Positions 32,718 to 35,772 of a DNA stretch of 35,772 nucleotides are shown one piece after another. Under the pieces are notes generated by a model. The model was not told where the DNA came from. It ran no database searches and worked only from the letters and a program-made list of their open reading frames with translations. The position numbers and the translations under genes are program-made. Source of the DNA: Octopus sinensis (lineage: Eukaryota); assembly GCF_006345805.1 (NCBI RefSeq), contig NW_021831730.1:1-35772 (forward strand), read 5' to 3'. Numbering within the stretch: the stretch's first letter is position 1; the number at the start of each line of letters is the position of its first letter.

Positions 32718-35700
32718 ATTATTTATTTATCTAAAGGTTTATTATATACATTATATATATGTATGTGTGTATGTACATATATGTGTGTGTGTATGTATAT
32801 ATATGTGTGTGTGTGCATGTATATATACTGTGTGTGTGTATGTATATATATATGTTATTATTTATTTATGCAAAGATTTATTATATACATATATATATGT
32901 GTGTGTGTATGTATATATATAATATATGTTATTATTTATTTATCTAAAGGTTTATTATATACATATATATATATATGTATGTGTGTATGTATATATATGT
33001 GTGTGTATGGTATATATATATATATATATGTTATTATTTATGTTATGTAAGTGTTTATTATATACATATATATATATATATGTATGTGTGTATGTACATA
33101 TATGTGTGTTGTGTGTATGTTATATATTATGTGTGTGTGTGTTTCATGTTCGTCTCTGTTGTGCGTTGCATTCTTTCCTTCTGTGGCTAGCTGATTCGGA
33201 GGCGGATCTCAGAATTAAACAGACGAAATCTGCGATGAGGATCAGTTTCTGACTGAAGAATGAAGGCTTTGAATGACCGCTTGTCTTTTTGTTCGTCCCT
33301 TCGTGTATTTCACGTTATTTATTTATGTAAAATGTTTATATTATTTCGCAGCGTCCGTGCATAATAACTTCTTTATGTTTATCATATCAAACCCTGCACG
33401 ATGTCTTTAAACTATTTTCTTTCCTTCGCCATTTCTTTCGTTGCCAAATTGTTTTTGCGCCTTTTTCTCCCAGCCTCTCTGATTCCTTCTCTCCCTCTCT
33501 CTCTTGATCACTGCTTCTTCTCTGATTCCTTCTCTCCCTCTCTATCTCTCTCGGTCACTGCTTCTGTCCTCGCCTTCTACCCTCCTGGGTCCCCTCTCTC
33601 TCTCTTAGCCCCTCCTCTCTCTTACCCTCTTGCGACTTGCTGCCTCAGCCTTTCTCTTTCCATCGGCCACTTGTTCAACATGTGTCTTACCACCGAAAAG
33701 GTAATTATTTTTCCACGCTTGCTGATATTCTTTTTGTGTCTCTCTTTTTGTGTTAAAGCCATAGGGCGCCTGTGTCATCCATGTTTTTAACCGTTACTGT
33801 CTCCAAAAAAGATTTTTCGTTTCATGTTCGTCTCTGTTGCGTTGCATTCTTTCCTTCTGTGGCTGGCTGATTCGGAGCGGATCTCAAAATTGAACGGCCG
33901 AAATCTGCGATGAGGGATCAGTTTCTAACTGAAGAATGAAGGCTTTGAATGACCCATTTGTCTTTTTGTTCGTCCCTTCGTGTATTTCACGTTATTTATT
34001 TATATGTATATATATATGTGTGTATGTATATATATATGTGTGTGTGTATGTATATATATATATGTGTGTGTGTGTATGTATATATGTGTGTGTGTATGTA
34101 TATATGTATGTGTGTGTGTATGTATATATATGTGTGTGTATGTATATATGTGTGTTTGTGTGTGTATGTATATATATATGTGTGTGTGTGTGTAAGTATA
34201 TATATGTGTGTTTGTGTGTGTGTATGTATATATGTGTGTGTGTGTATGTATATATATGTGTGTGTGTGCATGTATATATATATGTGTGTGTATGTGTATA
34301 TATGTGTGTGTGTACGTATATATATATATAAATGTTATTATTTATTTATCTAAAGGTTTATTATATGCATATATATATATGTGTGTGTGTATATGTATAT
34401 ATATATATATGTTATTATTTATTTATCCAGAGCTTATTATATGCATATATATATATATGTATGTGTGTATGTATATATTTGTGTGTGTGTATGTATATAT
34501 ATATATATGTTATTATTTATTTACCTAAAGGTTTATTATATACATATATATATATGTATGTGTGTATGTATATATATGTGTGTGTGTATGTATATATATG
34601 TGTGTGTGGGCATGTATATATATGTGTGGTATGTATATATATATATATTTATTATTTATTTATGCAAAGGCTTATTATATACATATACTATATATATATG
34701 TGTGTGTATGTATATATATATATAATGTTTTATTTATTTATCTAAAGGTTTATTATATACATATATATATATATGTATGTGTGTATGTATATATATGTGT
34801 GTGGTATGTATATATATATATATATGTTATTATTTATTTATGTAAAATTTTATTATACAATATATATATGTATGTGTGTATGTATATATGTGTGTGTGTG
34901 TGTATATATATTATATGTGTGTGTGTGTTTCATGTTCCTCTCTGGTGCGTTGCATTCTTTCATTCTGTGGCTGGCTGATTCGGAGCGGATCTCAGAATTA
35001 AACAGCCGAAATCTGCGAAAAGGGATCAGTTTCTGACTGAAGAATGAAGGCCTTTGAATGACCCGTTTGTCTTTTGTTCGTCCCTTCGTGTATTTCACGT
35101 TATTTATTTATGTAAAGGTTTTTTACATATTTCGGAGCGTACGTGCATAATAACTTCATTATGTTATCATATCAAAACCCCTGCACGATGTCTTTAAACT
35201 ATTTTCTTTCCTTCGCCATTGCTTCGTTGCCAAATGTTTTGGCGCCTTTTCTCCCAGCCTCTCTGATTCCTTCTCTCCCTCTGTCTCTTGATCACTGCTT
35301 CTTCTCTGATTCCTTCACTCCCTCTCTCTCTCTCGGTCACTGCTTCTGTCCTCGCCTTCTACCCTCCTTGGTCCCTCTCTCTCTTAGCCCCCTCCTTCCT
35401 CCCCTCTTGCGACTTGCTGCCTCAGCCTTTCTCTTTCCATCGGCCATTGTTCAACATGTGTCTTACCACCGAAAAGGTAATTATTTTTCCACGCATGCTG
35501 ATATTGTTTTTGTGTCTCTCTTTTTGTGTTAAAGCCATAGGGCGCCTGTGTATCCATGTTTTTTTTAAACGTTACTGTCTCAAAAAAAGATTTTTCGTTT
35601 CATGTTCGTCTCTGTTGCGTTGCATTCTTTCCTTCTGTGGCTGGTTGATTCGGAGCGGATTCAGAATTGAACGGCCGAAATCTCGATGAGGGATAAGTTC

Positions 35701-35772
35701 GGACTGAAGAATGAAGGCTTTGAATGACCCGTTTGTCTTTTTGTTCGTCCCTTCGTGTATTTCACATTATTT

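Larger units (their letters stand above)
15564..35772 (+). repeat. Satellite array of ~11.5 head-to-tail units of 1.56-2.18 kb (module Y, module X1, microsatellite block, module X2); continues past the window end
   Basis: X2 marker GAATTAAACAGCCG near 16721, 18488, 20272, 22037, 24221, 26044, 27607, 29173, 31336, 33212 and 34995; an X1 marker (GAATTGAACGGC) follows each by ~664-677 bp. Confidence 0.97.

Noticed and set aside
13459-35772. Dozens of ORFs rich in C/V/Y/I/M or H/T/Y/I, plus recurring ORFs such as MKALNDPF and MITASSL
   Set aside because: They are translations of TA/TG microsatellites and satellite modules; frames differ between units and no domain motifs are present.
15564-35772. 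Repeat-spacer appearance resembling a CRISPR array
   Set aside because: Repeats are hundreds of bp long, the spacers are homologous microsatellites, there are no cas genes and the context is eukaryotic.

Overview
Eukaryotic, repeat-only window with no recognisable host gene. The SINE families look like those of Octopus/coleoid cephalopods (recalled, not searched). Bases 1-5785 hold a ~3.63 kb tandem duplication of a partial Ty3/Gypsy-like LTR retrotransposon (LTR type A), two tRNA-SINEs and a TG minisatellite. Bases 5910-12291 are a sibling element (LTR type B) with both LTRs, a GTATA target-site duplication, intact gag, a -1 frameshift signal and a heavily rearranged pol containing an ~880 bp inverted duplication. 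Its primer-binding site is complementary to the 5' end of tRNA-Phe rather than to a tRNA 3' end. Bases 12.3-15.6 kb contain a mariner fossil, a Penelope/retrozyme-like repeat with a variant type I hammerhead ribozyme, a microsatellite-armed palindrome around a 147 bp hairpin, and inverted CR1-type LINE fragments. Bases 15564-35772 are a satellite array of ~1.56-2.18 kb units, each carrying two degenerate tRNA-Phe-like modules. All alignments and folds were done by eye, and indel noise suggests imperfect long-read consensus in places.
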